Source: Polyangiaceae bacterium
Lineage (GTDB): Bacteria; Myxococcota_A; Polyangia; Polyangiales; Polyangiaceae
Length of the DNA: 64,000 nucleotides
Direction of reading: 5' to 3'
Assembly (NCBI GenBank): GCA_965222375.1
Contig: CBDCTZ010000016.1
Coordinates: forward strand, 1,408,001 to 1,472,000
This document shows, in pieces, positions 48,910-59,400 of this stretch. Each line of letters opens with the position of its first letter. Position 1 is the stretch's first letter. Below the pieces are notes generated by a model, which worked only from the letters and a program-made list of their open reading frames with translations, was not told where the DNA came from and searched no databases. The translations under genes and the position numbers were made by a program.

Positions 48910-50709
48910 TCAGTCCACCACCTTCGCGCCGAGCTCGAATCCGGTCAGGGTGCGCGCGTCCCCCTTTTCCAAGTTGACGAAAGTGATTCGTCCCTCGGGG
49001 TGTTCCTGCGCCACGAAGGCGACGCCAGCGCTCGGCACCATCCCACTGGCCAGGGGCGGGCTCGCCAGAGTGATGCGATCGACTTGCAGCTCCGGCATGC
49101 GCGCGACGTAGGTCGCATACACCTTCTTGTTGTCGTCGCGGGTGGTGACGACCGCCCGGGTGCTCGGCGCCGGCGCGATGCTCACGGTGAAGGTCGGTGC
49201 GTTCGTTCCTTGGATCTTCGGTGGAAGGTCTTTGGCGATGGGTACGATGCTGAAGGCGCCGGGCTTCGAGCTGCCACTGGCGGGTCGCAACAAGGCGATG
49301 GCGTGGGCGTCGTCGGGAGCCACGAAGGCTGCGGTCACCGGAGCCTTGAGCGCAACGGTTCGGTAGCTCAAGAAGTCCGCACCGCTTTTCAGATCGACCA
49401 GGGTCAAGTGATCGTTGGCGCTAGCGTTCGTGAACAGCACCGCGACGTTGCCGGATTGACCCACCGCGACGCTACCGACGACTTGATTCGTGATGACCTT
49501 GGAGCTGACGAGTCCTGGGTTGGTGAACACCGTTGGGATGGGGAGCGCGAAGACTTCGGAATCCGGGGGCGGCGGCGGCGGAGCCGCGTCGGGCGCGGCG
49601 TCGGGGCTACCGGCTTCGCCTGCGTCTTCGGCGCCGCCTTCACTTGCGTCGGTAGTGCCGGCGTCGGTGGTGCCAGTGGCATCAGAGGCAGCGTCTGCTC
49701 CTGCGTCTCCGGACGATCCGCTGCCCGGCGCGCGCACGACCGCCAAAGCCAGGGCGCCGTCTTCGGTCAGGTCGAGATCCGTCACCGGGCCGGAAAGCGT
49801 GATGTTCTCGAGCTGTCCGCTCTGCAGCTCGACCAGGGTAACGTCTGAGCTGCCGTGGCGCCGAACGAGTGCGTAGCTGCCGTCGGGGGTGACCGTGACG
49901 TCCCGTGCAGGTTGCGCCAAGGGGTTCGTCGACATCGGCACGTCTCGATCAACGGCCGGCCCCGAACTGGAATCTAGGGTGACTACGGTGAGTCCGGGCT
50001 CGGTGACGAAGAAGGCTTGCGAATCATCTTCGCTGATGAAGACTCGCGACGGTCGGTATCCGACGGATAGGCGCGTGGAAACGGGAGGCAAGGAGGTCAG
50101 ATCGAGGACCGTGATGTCTTGAAAGCCTTCGGTGACGTCCGGGCTCTTGACCTGCGCAAAGTTCGTCCAGGCAATCGCCCACTTCCCGCTCTTGCTCACC
50201 GCCCAAGCGTTGGCACCTTGATGCAGTGTTGCAGAGTGCATGGTGACTTCGCCCTGGGCATCGGCGACGAACAAGCTGGCGTCGTTGCTGCCGACGTTGA
50301 TGACCAGTGCGCGATCTTCGTCTCCCTGGCTGGCCAAGCCCACCAGGTGTGTTGGATTGAAACCCGCTTCGTACGTAGCCGCTTCAAAGCTCTTCGCGTC
50401 AACTCGCGCCACCCGGGAACTCTCGGGGTTTGCGGTCCAAACGTAGCGACCGGTGGCGACCGGAGAGCGGAAGCTGCTCTCGAGCTCTTTCTCGGGTTTG
50501 CCACCGGTGCCAGCGCTACCTCCGGTGCTGGTTCCCCCAGTGCCGCAGCCGGGGCCGACGCACACACCGGCGTCTGGGCCACCGCCACCGCCACCTCCGA
50601 AGGCTCCTGACTCACTGGCCTCGTCTGCCGCACAGTGGGCCAACACGCCTACCGCGCACAGCATCAGACCGATCTTGGCGACCCCGAAAAGCGTTCCCGC
50701 GACTTGCAT
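48910..50709 (-). CDS. YncE/YVTN-like beta-propeller lipoprotein, paralog A (start uncertain)
   Basis: LAHC lipobox; shares PEKELESSF and ARTLTGFELGAKVVD with paralog B. Confidence 0.8.
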   Translation of the reverse strand: MQVAGTLFGVAKIGLMLCAVGVLAHCAADEASESGAFGGGGGGGPDAGVCVGPGCGTGGTSTGGSAGTGGKPEKELESSFRSPVATGRYVWTANPESSRVARVDAKSFEAATYEAGFNPTHLVGLASQGDEDRALVINVGSNDASLFVADAQGEVTMHSATLHQGANAWAVSKSGKWAIAWTNFAQVKSPDVTEGFQDITVLDLTSLPPVSTRLSVGYRPSRVFISEDDSQAFFVTEPGLTVVTLDSSSGPAVDRDVPMSTNPLAQPARDVTVTPDGSYALVRRHGSSDVTLVELQSGQLENITLSGPVTDLDLTEDGALALAVVRAPGSGSSGDAGADAASDATGTTDAGTTDASEGGAEDAGEAGSPDAAPDAAPPPPPPDSEVFALPIPTVFTNPGLVSSKVITNQVVGSVAVGQSGNVAVLFTNASANDHLTLVDLKSGADFLSYRTVALKAPVTAAFVAPDDAHAIALLRPASGSSKPGAFSIVPIAKDLPPKIQGTNAPTFTVSIAPAPSTRAVVTTRDDNKKVYATYVARMPELQVDRITLASPPLASGMVPSAGVAFVAQEHPEGRITFVNLEKGDARTLTGFELGAKVVD

Positions 50710-50725
50710 TCGAGGGGCGAGCCAA

Positions 50726-50741
50726 TGCAACGCTCGGGCCA
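50726..50741 (-). promoter_or_regulatory. Sigma54 -24/-12 motif for the propeller operon
   Basis: TGGCCCGAGCGTTGCA, with an AT-rich tract and palindromes upstream. Confidence 0.65.
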
Positions 50742-50970
50742 GTTGAATTGATTCACATTTATTGCGGTGAGAGAAACAAACGCTGTGGTTGCAACCAGCG
50801 TGTCCTGTGACAAGTGTGTCACGGGCGGTTGCCCGACTTGAGCGAAAGCCAGCCCACGCGCCCGGTTTTTGGCTCGTTTATGCGGTGATGGGTCGCGCGA
50901 CGCTGCTGTGCGGCGGCTCGATCACACTGCGCCAGAGCAACTTGTCTATGATCATCCCTGGGACGCGCGT

Positions 50971-52374
50971 TCACACGCGGCTGTCGACGGAGAGGTCTGT
51001 ATTGGGAGCTTCGAAGCCGTCGAAGAGTGCGGCAGCGCAAGGCACGACAACCGCGCTGAGGCCTTCGCGTCGGACGCTCTCGAGCTCCTCCGGTTGGAGC
51101 CGGCCGTGCGTCGCCCAGGCTTCTGGGTCCACGCCGCTCGGTGGCGGCGCAGCATGACGATGCCGCTCCTGATCGAGGTAACGCTTCAGGCACGCGCGCA
51201 GTTCGTTGACGATGCGAGGACCGCCCTGCTCGATCGCCCAGCGCACCACCTTCCACGAAAACGCCGCGTGGCGAGACTCGTCTTCGGCAATCTTCTCGAG
51301 GGCGCGTCGGACCTCCGGATCCGTGGCGACGCGCGCTTGCTCCGCCGCGATGAGCGCAGCCAGGGTTTCTCCCAGACAACCTTCTTCGAAGGTAGCGCGC
51401 GCGAGCCCGAGGAGATCCACCTTGCCCATGGCGCCTTCGATCGATAGGGCCCCGGGGCCAATCTTCCGGTCGGAAAATTTGCTGGCGATGCCAAAACACA
51501 GCTTGGCGTGCTCGATCTCGTCATTGGCGCTGTCCTGGGATTCCCGAACCAGGTGCGGCGGGGCGCCCAGGGCAAGAAGCTCGAGCGTAAGCCGCGCAAA
51601 GGCAGCGACGGACGCGTGTTCGATGAGGCCGTCGACGTGCCAGGCGTCGCCGAGAGCCTCCCGAGTTGCGTCGTTCAAAGTGTTGGGCGAGCCGCTCAGG
51701 TCGGCAGCCAGCCAGTCTGTTCGCTCCACGGCTTTGGCCGTCCGGATCTCGCCGTCGATAGTGAGGGGGCGACCGACCAAACAAGAGATTGTCTCGTAGC
51801 AGCAATAACCAGCGACCTCGATCGCCTCACCCTGCAACCAAACCGGGAAGCCACCCGTCTGACACAGCGGGTATGCGTTCAGATCGACGGAGCTCGTGGT
51901 CGGGCACCCGGACGTGTTTGGAGTGCCCGGCTGGACGGGGACTTTGCCCTTGAGCCAGCAGGAGTCCCAATTGGTGCAACTGCCGCAGTCGTTGAAGCCT
52001 TTGGTGTAGAAGTCGCCGCCACTGCCGCCGGCGCCCGCGGCGCCACCGGTCGCGACGCCGCCAGTTCCGGACCCCCCGGCACCCGCGATGCCGCCCGCGC
52101 CTGCTGCGCCACCGATTCCGCCGCCCGCGCCCGCTTGCCCCGCAAACCCCCCGGAGCTGGTGCCTCCGGAGCTCGCTCCTCCAGTGCTGGTGCTGCCGCC
52201 GGTGCTCGTCGAGCCACCGCTACTGGTGCCACCGGAGCCGGCTCCACCCGTGCTGCTGGCTCCCCCGGTGTTGCTATCTGATTCACTGGAGCCGCCGCAT
52301 GCCGTGGCGGCGAAGGCGCCTCCCGCGACAATGGCTAGAATTTGAGCGCGCAACAGGCTTGATGGGTTTCTCAT
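50971..52374 (-). CDS. Ferritin-like (diiron) domain lipoprotein
   Basis: ATAC lipobox, Gly linker, CCY...GRP, EHASVAAF, DEIEHA, EGCLGE, DESRHA. Confidence 0.85.
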   Translation of the reverse strand: MRNPSSLLRAQILAIVAGGAFAATACGGSSESDSNTGGASSTGGAGSGGTSSGGSTSTGGSTSTGGASSGGTSSGGFAGQAGAGGGIGGAAGAGGIAGAGGSGTGGVATGGAAGAGGSGGDFYTKGFNDCGSCTNWDSCWLKGKVPVQPGTPNTSGCPTTSSVDLNAYPLCQTGGFPVWLQGEAIEVAGYCCYETISCLVGRPLTIDGEIRTAKAVERTDWLAADLSGSPNTLNDATREALGDAWHVDGLIEHASVAAFARLTLELLALGAPPHLVRESQDSANDEIEHAKLCFGIASKFSDRKIGPGALSIEGAMGKVDLLGLARATFEEGCLGETLAALIAAEQARVATDPEVRRALEKIAEDESRHAAFSWKVVRWAIEQGGPRIVNELRACLKRYLDQERHRHAAPPPSGVDPEAWATHGRLQPEELESVRREGLSAVVVPCAAALFDGFEAPNTDLSVDSRV

Positions 52375-52583
52375 GGCTGGCGCAGAGTATGAAAGGAAGC
52401 CGGGCTGCGCGCTAGGGCGGGCACAAATCCGACTGATGTCGGTGTGTTGCAGCAAGTCCGTGGCGACAGGTACCAAGCCCTGCCCGACCTCAGCGTCGGG
52501 TGCTCTTTCGATTCGACTGCTCGATGCGTGAAGTGCGACCGTCGTTGACGGCTCGTTCGGGGCGTGTTCCATAGCTCTCACCC

Positions 52584-54302
52584 ATGGGTTCGCACGCCGC
52601 GATTACGGACACCACCCCGCAGCCGTCTACAAACCAGGATTCCGGCGGCGCAGCGTTGGCTCGTGCTTCCGACATATCGCTCACCGTAGGCAACTGGCTC
52701 TACGGGCGCGGCTTTCGTGACGCCGACGTGGTCCGAGGTTTCTTGGATCCTCGTCTTCAAGATCTAACAGACCCGAGCGGCATGGTGGATCGCGATTTGG
52801 CAGCGGAACGCATTGCCCGGGCCGTAGACGCTCAGGAACGCATTTGCATTTTTGGGGACTACGACTGCGACGGGATCACTTCCGCGGCCATCATGACCAG
52901 CGTGCTACGCGCGCTGGGGGCGCAGGTCCAACCGCTGCTGGCCAGTCGCTTCGATGGCGGCTATGGCGTGTCTGCCGCCGCCGCTGGGCGGATCCAAGCG
53001 ACAGGTGCGAGCTTGCTGATCACCTGTGATTGCGGTTCGTCGGATCACGCTGCCTTGGCCAATTTGGCCAAGAATGGCGTCGACATCATCGTCATTGATC
53101 ACCACTTGGTTCCCGAAGAGCCCTTGCCAGCACTGGCTTTCCTGAACCCGAACCGACCGGATTGTGGCTTCGCTTTCAAGGGCTTGGCCTCCTGTGGCTT
53201 GGCCCTGTCCGTCGCGGCCGCTTTGCGCAAGCGCCTCGCCAAGCAGCTGGACTTGCGACACTGGCTGGATCTCGTGGCCATAGGTACGATCGCGGACGTT
53301 GTGCCCCTAGAGGGCGACAATCGCGCCTTGACCCGGGCGGGGCTGGCGCGCATCGCTCGGGCCGAGCGGCCCGGAGTACGCGCCTTGCTAGAACTTGCTC
53401 GCTTCGACGCCGCCCGGCGTATCAGCAGTGAGGACGTCGCGTTTCGTATTGCACCACGCATCAACGCCCCGGGTCGTCTTGGATCACCGGACCTGGCCCT
53501 GGAACTACTGTTGGCGGAAACCCCGGACGCTGCTCGGGGCATCGCAGCGCAGATAGAGCAGGTCCAGAAAGAGCGACGAACCATTCAGGATCGCATGATC
53601 GCCGAAGCCGTGGAGGAGATAGAGCGCGAAGGCTGGGCATCGCGCCCGGCCATAGTCGTCGGCCGCGATGGTTGGAATCACGGCATCGTTGGAATAGTGG
53701 CTGGCCGACTAGTTGGGCGCTACGGCAAGCCCTGCATCGTTGTTGGCTTCGAAGAAACTCGTGGGCGTGGTTCAGTCCGCGGCCCCGCCGGCTCGCGACT
53801 CCACGACGCTCTCGTCGAGTCGCGGTCGACTCTCGAGCGATTTGGCGGCCACCAAGCCGCCGCGGGCCTCGAAGTGAGAGCAGAGCGCTTAGCAGAACTG
53901 CGTGAGGCCTTCGAGTCAGCGTGCGCACGAGCGTTGCAGGCTGACCCGAAGGCGTCGACGGATCGGGAGTTGACGATTCGTTTGGAGCCAACGGACGATC
54001 CTCGTCGCGTGCTCACGGATCTGGAGCGGTTGGAACCCTGCGGGGCTGGCAATCCACTGCCTCGGTTGCTGGCCGACGTGCGGGTGCTGTTCGCGCGCGA
54101 GGTCCGGGGTGGACATCTGAAGTTGGAGCTGGAGCTCGAGGGTGGGCAGCGATTAGCGGGCTTTGGGCCTTCCCTCGGGGCGGAAGCCGAGGCCATTGGG
54201 GCAGCGCCGCGAGCTCGAGTGCTTGGGACCCTGCGCGCCGACAGCTATCGCGGCGGCGACGCCGTAGAAATGCGTGTCTCGGAAGTGCAATCTCTCGCCT
54301 AG
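52584..54302 (+). CDS. recJ: Single-stranded DNA exonuclease RecJ
   Basis: GDYDCDG, TCDCG, IDHH, GTIADVV, PRINAPGR, GGHQAAAG. Confidence 0.96.
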   Translation: MGSHAAITDTTPQPSTNQDSGGAALARASDISLTVGNWLYGRGFRDADVVRGFLDPRLQDLTDPSGMVDRDLAAERIARAVDAQERICIFGDYDCDGITSAAIMTSVLRALGAQVQPLLASRFDGGYGVSAAAAGRIQATGASLLITCDCGSSDHAALANLAKNGVDIIVIDHHLVPEEPLPALAFLNPNRPDCGFAFKGLASCGLALSVAAALRKRLAKQLDLRHWLDLVAIGTIADVVPLEGDNRALTRAGLARIARAERPGVRALLELARFDAARRISSEDVAFRIAPRINAPGRLGSPDLALELLLAETPDAARGIAAQIEQVQKERRTIQDRMIAEAVEEIEREGWASRPAIVVGRDGWNHGIVGIVAGRLVGRYGKPCIVVGFEETRGRGSVRGPAGSRLHDALVESRSTLERFGGHQAAAGLEVRAERLAELREAFESACARALQADPKASTDRELTIRLEPTDDPRRVLTDLERLEPCGAGNPLPRLLADVRVLFAREVRGGHLKLELELEGGQRLAGFGPSLGAEAEAIGAAPRARVLGTLRADSYRGGDAVEMRVSEVQSLA

Positions 54303-54350
54303 GCATTGGGCCTTTGAAAACGGGCTCAGGTCGTTCATCCTGCCCGGCGG

Positions 54351-55133
54351 ATGTCCGATGTGCTGGTTCGCTTCGCCAACGTCAGCAAGGCGTTTGGGCC
54401 CAAAGTCGTCTACCGCGGATTGAACCTGGAAATCCGTCGGGGTCACGTGCTGACGGTGGTGGGTGGTTCGGGCGTTGGCAAGAGCGTGATGCTCAAGATG
54501 CTGATCGGGCTCCTGATCCCGGATCGCGGCAGCATCAGCTTCGACGGCCAAGAGGTCGTGGGCATGAGCGAGCATAAGCTCAGCCACGTGCGCCGTCGAA
54601 TCGCGATGTTGTTTCAGGCCGGGGCGCTGTTCGATTCCCTGACGGTGTTTGACAACGTGGCCTACGGCTTGGAGGAGCACTTTCGCTACACGATGACGAA
54701 GAAGGACATCGCCGAACGCGTGGAGTGGGCGCTGGGTCTCGTGGGCTTGCCGGGAATCGAGGAAATGTGGCCCGCGGATCTGTCTGGGGGCATGCGCAAG
54801 CGGGTCGCCCTCGCGCGTGCGATCGCCGTGCACCCCGAAGTGCTCTTGTACGACGAGCCGACCACGGGGTTGGACCCCATCAACACCGCACGGGTGAACC
54901 ATTTGATCATGGGTCTGCAGGAGCGCTTGAACATCACCAGCGTCGTGGTGACGCACGACATGAAGAGCGCTTTTGGCATCAGCGATCGCATCGCCATGGT
55001 GCACTCGGGCCAGATCATTTGCGAAGGCACGGTCAAGGAATTCCAAGCTGCCACCGACCCCCGAGTCTCGGACTTCATCGAGGGGCGCGCCCCCGTGAAG
55101 GAGAGCGTCGAAACCCTGTTGACCAGTGGCTGA
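54351..55133 (+). CDS. mlaF: Mla/Mce ABC transporter ATP-binding protein
   Basis: GGSGVGKS, FQAGALFDSLTV, LSGGMRKRV, YDEPTTGLDP. Confidence 0.9.
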   Translation: MSDVLVRFANVSKAFGPKVVYRGLNLEIRRGHVLTVVGGSGVGKSVMLKMLIGLLIPDRGSISFDGQEVVGMSEHKLSHVRRRIAMLFQAGALFDSLTVFDNVAYGLEEHFRYTMTKKDIAERVEWALGLVGLPGIEEMWPADLSGGMRKRVALARAIAVHPEVLLYDEPTTGLDPINTARVNHLIMGLQERLNITSVVVTHDMKSAFGISDRIAMVHSGQIICEGTVKEFQAATDPRVSDFIEGRAPVKESVETLLTSG

Positions 55134-55218
55134 GCCCGTCTTGGCCAATCGTCCCGGGGATTTGGCGCGTGCGTTGCGGTTTTGTGGCCAACGACTACCC
55201 TAAGACGACGGGCACTAC

Positions 55219-56400
55219 ATGGCTTCCAAGCGTGACATAAAGGTCGGAGCTTTCGTCCTCGTCGGCCTTGTGGTTATCGGCCTGACCGTGTTCCTGATCG
55301 GGGACGAGCGATCCCTGTTCCAACCCAAGGAGGAATTCAAAGCCGTCTTCGAGGATGTGCAGGGATTGAAGCGCGGTTCCATGGTCCGCATGGGCGGAAT
55401 CGACGTCGGAAGCGTGAAGGGGGTCCGCTATTCAAAGGACCGCAACGACCTGAAGCTCTACGTCACCATCGTCGTGGTGCGGGACGAGTCCCGGCGAATC
55501 CGTGAGGACAGCGTGATCAGCATCGCGGGCAAAGGCTTGCTCGGCGACAAGATGATGGTCATCACCGCTGGGAGTCCGGAAAAGAATGCGATTCCACCGG
55601 GCGGCACCATTCCATCGAAGTCTTCGGACAACCTCGAAGCTGCGCTCGCCAAGCTGAGCGGAATTGGCGACAAGGCTGAGAAGATCGTCACCAATCTGGA
55701 GAAGACGACGTCAGCCCTTGCCGACGATCAGTTCACCAAGGACCTGAAGGGTACCGTCCATTCGCTGAACAACATTCTGCAGTCCGTGGACAAAGGGGAT
55801 GGCTACGCATCCAAGATCCTGAACGACCCTGAAGAAGCACAGAAACTGTCTCGGGCGCTCACCAACCTGGAAAAGACGTCAGCGAAACTGAATCGTACCC
55901 TCACGGGTGTGAATTCCATCGTACGGCGGGTGGAGACCGGGCCAGGACTGGCGCATGAAGTGCTCTACGGCGAAGAGTCCGCCAAGTCAGTCGTTCACTT
56001 CGGTTCTGCTGCCGAAGAGCTGGCCCTGACGCTCAAGGGTGTGCGTCAAGGCAACGGTATCGCCAAGAGCGTCATCTACGGTGACGACAACACGCAACAG
56101 ATCATGGGTAACCTGAACGCCATGAGTTCGGATTTGCGCAAGATCGTGGCGGATGTTCGGCGCGGCAAAGGGACCGTCGGTGCATTGCTGGTCGATCCGT
56201 CCGTGTATGAAGATCTGAAAGTGGTGCTCGGTAACGTCGAGCGGAACAAGACACTGCGGGCGTTGGTTCGATATTCCATCAAGCAGGATGAAACGACCCC
56301 CAAGGTCGAGGTCGCAGACCCCGAGGCCGCTCCTCCCCGCGTTCGGGCACAGGGGTCGGCGTCCACCGGCGCGAGCGGGGCACGCGCGCCCAAGCCCTGA
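55219..56400 (+). CDS. mlaD: MlaD/MCE-domain protein
   Basis: KVGAFV TM anchor; GLKRGSMVRMGGIDVG; GLLGDK; long helical tail. Confidence 0.88.
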   Translation: MASKRDIKVGAFVLVGLVVIGLTVFLIGDERSLFQPKEEFKAVFEDVQGLKRGSMVRMGGIDVGSVKGVRYSKDRNDLKLYVTIVVVRDESRRIREDSVISIAGKGLLGDKMMVITAGSPEKNAIPPGGTIPSKSSDNLEAALAKLSGIGDKAEKIVTNLEKTTSALADDQFTKDLKGTVHSLNNILQSVDKGDGYASKILNDPEEAQKLSRALTNLEKTSAKLNRTLTGVNSIVRRVETGPGLAHEVLYGEESAKSVVHFGSAAEELALTLKGVRQGNGIAKSVIYGDDNTQQIMGNLNAMSSDLRKIVADVRRGKGTVGALLVDPSVYEDLKVVLGNVERNKTLRALVRYSIKQDETTPKVEVADPEAAPPRVRAQGSASTGASGARAPKP

Positions 56401-56488
56401 CCATGCAATTGCCCCGAATTAGCCGGGTTCTACCACCGCTATTTGCAACGGCTGTTCAGCTGCCTGCAGCGTTCTATACTGCTTGACG

Positions 56489-59400
56489 ATGCGAATTCTC
56501 GAGCGAGTCGGACGGGGGTTGGTGGTGCTGAGCGTGTTCGCGCTGGCGTCCTACTTCGCCCTGAACTTCGGCACGGGTGGTCTGTGGCGTGGCCTCGAGG
56601 CGGCGCACGCCGTTACGGCACCGGGTGAGCACAAAGCTCCCTACGATCTGACCCAACTCCAGGCCGTCAACGAAACCCTCAAGACGATTCGCGACAAGTA
56701 CGTGGAGCCTTCGCGGGTGAGCCCGCGGCAGATGTTTTTGAATGCTCTGAACCAAGTCCAAAAAGAAGTCGCTCAGGTCATCATCTCGCACGACAAGAAG
56801 TCTCCCACGGTCAAGGTGCGCATCGAGACCGAGGAAAAGGAGTTTCGCGTCGACAACGTGCAAGGCCCCTGGGACGTCGCCGCCCGCCTCCGCGAAGTCT
56901 TCGTATTCCTGCAGAAGCACCTGAAGAACACAGAAGTTGATTTGCGCGAGGTCGAGTACGCAGCTTGCAACGGCATTCTTCGCACCCTCGATCCCCACAG
57001 TATCTTCCTCTCGCCGGAAGCGTACCGAGAGATGAACCTGTCCACGTCAGGGCACTTCGGCGGCCTGGGTATCGTCATTTCGATTCGAGATCAGATGCTG
57101 ACTATCATGCGCCCAATGCCCGACACGCCGGCTGGGCGGGCCGGGCTGAAGCGCCTCGACCGCATCACCAAGATCAACAACGAGTCGACCCTGAACATGC
57201 CCCTCGACGATGCGGTGAAGCGGCTTCGCGGCAAACCCGGGAGTAAGGTGACGATCTGGATTCACCGCGACGGAAAGAACGGTTGGCAAGGATCGCGACC
57301 CTTCGAGCTGACCCGAGAAGAAATCCGCATTCGCAGCATTGACGCGCGCTCCTTGGGCAACGGCATCGGCTATGTCCGAATCAAGCAATTCCAGCAGAGC
57401 ACCGACAACGAGTTGGAAGCCGCTCTGTCGGGCCTTGCCAAGGGCGAGCGTATCAAGGGCATCGTGCTCGACCTACGGGGCAACCCAGGTGGCCTATTGG
57501 ATCAAGCCGCCAAGGTAGCCAATCGCTTCCTAGACGCGGGCGTGATTGTGGCCACGGTTGGTGCCAGCGAGGGCAGGGAAGAGAAGAAGGCGACCCGACG
57601 AGAAACCCAACCGCCCTATCCCATTGTCGTCCTGGCCAGTGGCTCCAGCGCGAGCGCTAGCGAGATTGTGGCGGGAGCCCTAAAAAACCGCGACCGCGCT
57701 GTCCTGGTTGGTCAAACTACTTTCGGAAAGGGCAGCGTGCAACTGGTGTTCCCGAGGATCACGCCCGACGGTGCCGCGCTCAAGTTGACCATTGCGCAGT
57801 ATCTGACGCCTGGGGACGTGTCGATTCAGGGGGTTGGCGTTACGCCCGATATCCAGCTGGACCCGATGACCGCTGACACGCTGGAAATGGATCTCTTCAG
57901 AGAGGACAGCCCGCTGAAGGAACGGGATCTGTCCAAGTCTTTGACTGGGGCCGCGCGGCGCTCCAGCGACAGGCCGTTCTTCAAACTTCGCTACAACCTG
58001 CCGGAGAGTCGACGCGCGAAGATGCGCGAGCTGGGTGGCGATCTGGACGATGAATTCCAGTTGGACTACCCGATCAAGTTCTCTCGAGATCTCGCTGCGA
58101 AGCTTCCGCCGGGTGGACGCTCGGACCAGCTCCGCGCTGTGAAGAGCTTCCTGAACCGAAGCCAAGACACCCAGATTGCTGCAATTAGCGGCGATCTGGC
58201 CAAGCTCGGAATCGACTGGGGAGCTCCGCCGAAGGGCGCCAAGGAGCGGACCAAAGCGAAGGATTTCGAGGTGAAGGCCGAGACGGATCGCAAGGGGCAT
58301 ATCGTCCGGGCTGGGAAGCCGATGCACTTAAAGGTCAGCGTCAAGAACAACGCCAAGGCGCCGGTCTACCAACTCCGCGCGGTGACCAAGAGCGACACCG
58401 GTTACTACGACGAGAAAGAACTCGTGTTCGGTCGCATCAACGCGGGCGAGACGAAAACGGCAAGCGTGCCCCTAGGTTGGTGCGACATCGATGGGCGGCG
58501 CCCGGGCTCCACCAAACCGCTGCCGACAGATGCGAAGCGCAAGTGCAAGATCCCCAAAGACGCCCTGGACCGTCAGGACGTGGTCAAGATCCGCTTCCAT
58601 GCCGAGGGCGGTGACCCGCCGGCCGACGCTGAGCTCCGCCCCACGGTCAAAAGCTTGCCTCGGCCGGTGTTCGCCTACAGCTACCAAATTACCGACGACC
58701 GCCCCGGCAATGGCGATGGCCAGCTGACCCGCGGTGAAGGCGCCACCGTGTACCTGACCGTCAAGAACGTCGGCAAGGGACGCTCCTACGAGACCCAGGC
58801 CAATCTTCGAAACCTGACCGGAGACGGGCTTCTGTTGCGTGCAGGGCGATTCGACATTTCGAACATGAAACCCGGTGAGGTTCGAGAGGTAGCGTTCACG
58901 TTTGACGTCACGGGCGCGCTTCGGGAAAGCTTCGCAAAGATCGACATCAGTGTCTCCGATCGGGACTTGCGCGTCGTTTCCAACGAGAAAGTCACGATAC
59001 CGATTACGCGAAGCGGTCTGTTCGTGAAGAAAGCGGAAGGCACCGTGCGCACTGGCCGCCGAGTGTCGGTTCGGGGGCAGCCGGTCGCGGACTCTCGGGT
59101 CATCGCTGGGATACCCGCTGGAGTCACCCTGGCACGCCTGGGTACATTTGGAGGATTCACCAAAGTACGGCTCGAAGGTTCCCGCTTTGGCTACGTGAAG
59201 ACGGATGGCGTAGCTGCGGCGAATGGGCCTGCTGGGAAGTTCAAGTTGGAGCCAACGTTGAGCCGCTCCCCGCCGCTGCTGGAGGTCGCGCCGGCGGCTC
59301 TTGCCACGCGCGGGACCACTGTACGGATCAAGGCCACTGCACGAGATGGTGACCGGGTGCTCGATGCCTACGCTTTCGTTGGCTCACGCAAAGTTTTCTA

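Noticed and set aside
52020..52270. Gly/Ser/Thr-coding repeats as a DNA repeat element
   Set aside because: Low-complexity lipoprotein linkers, seen in many genes in this window.
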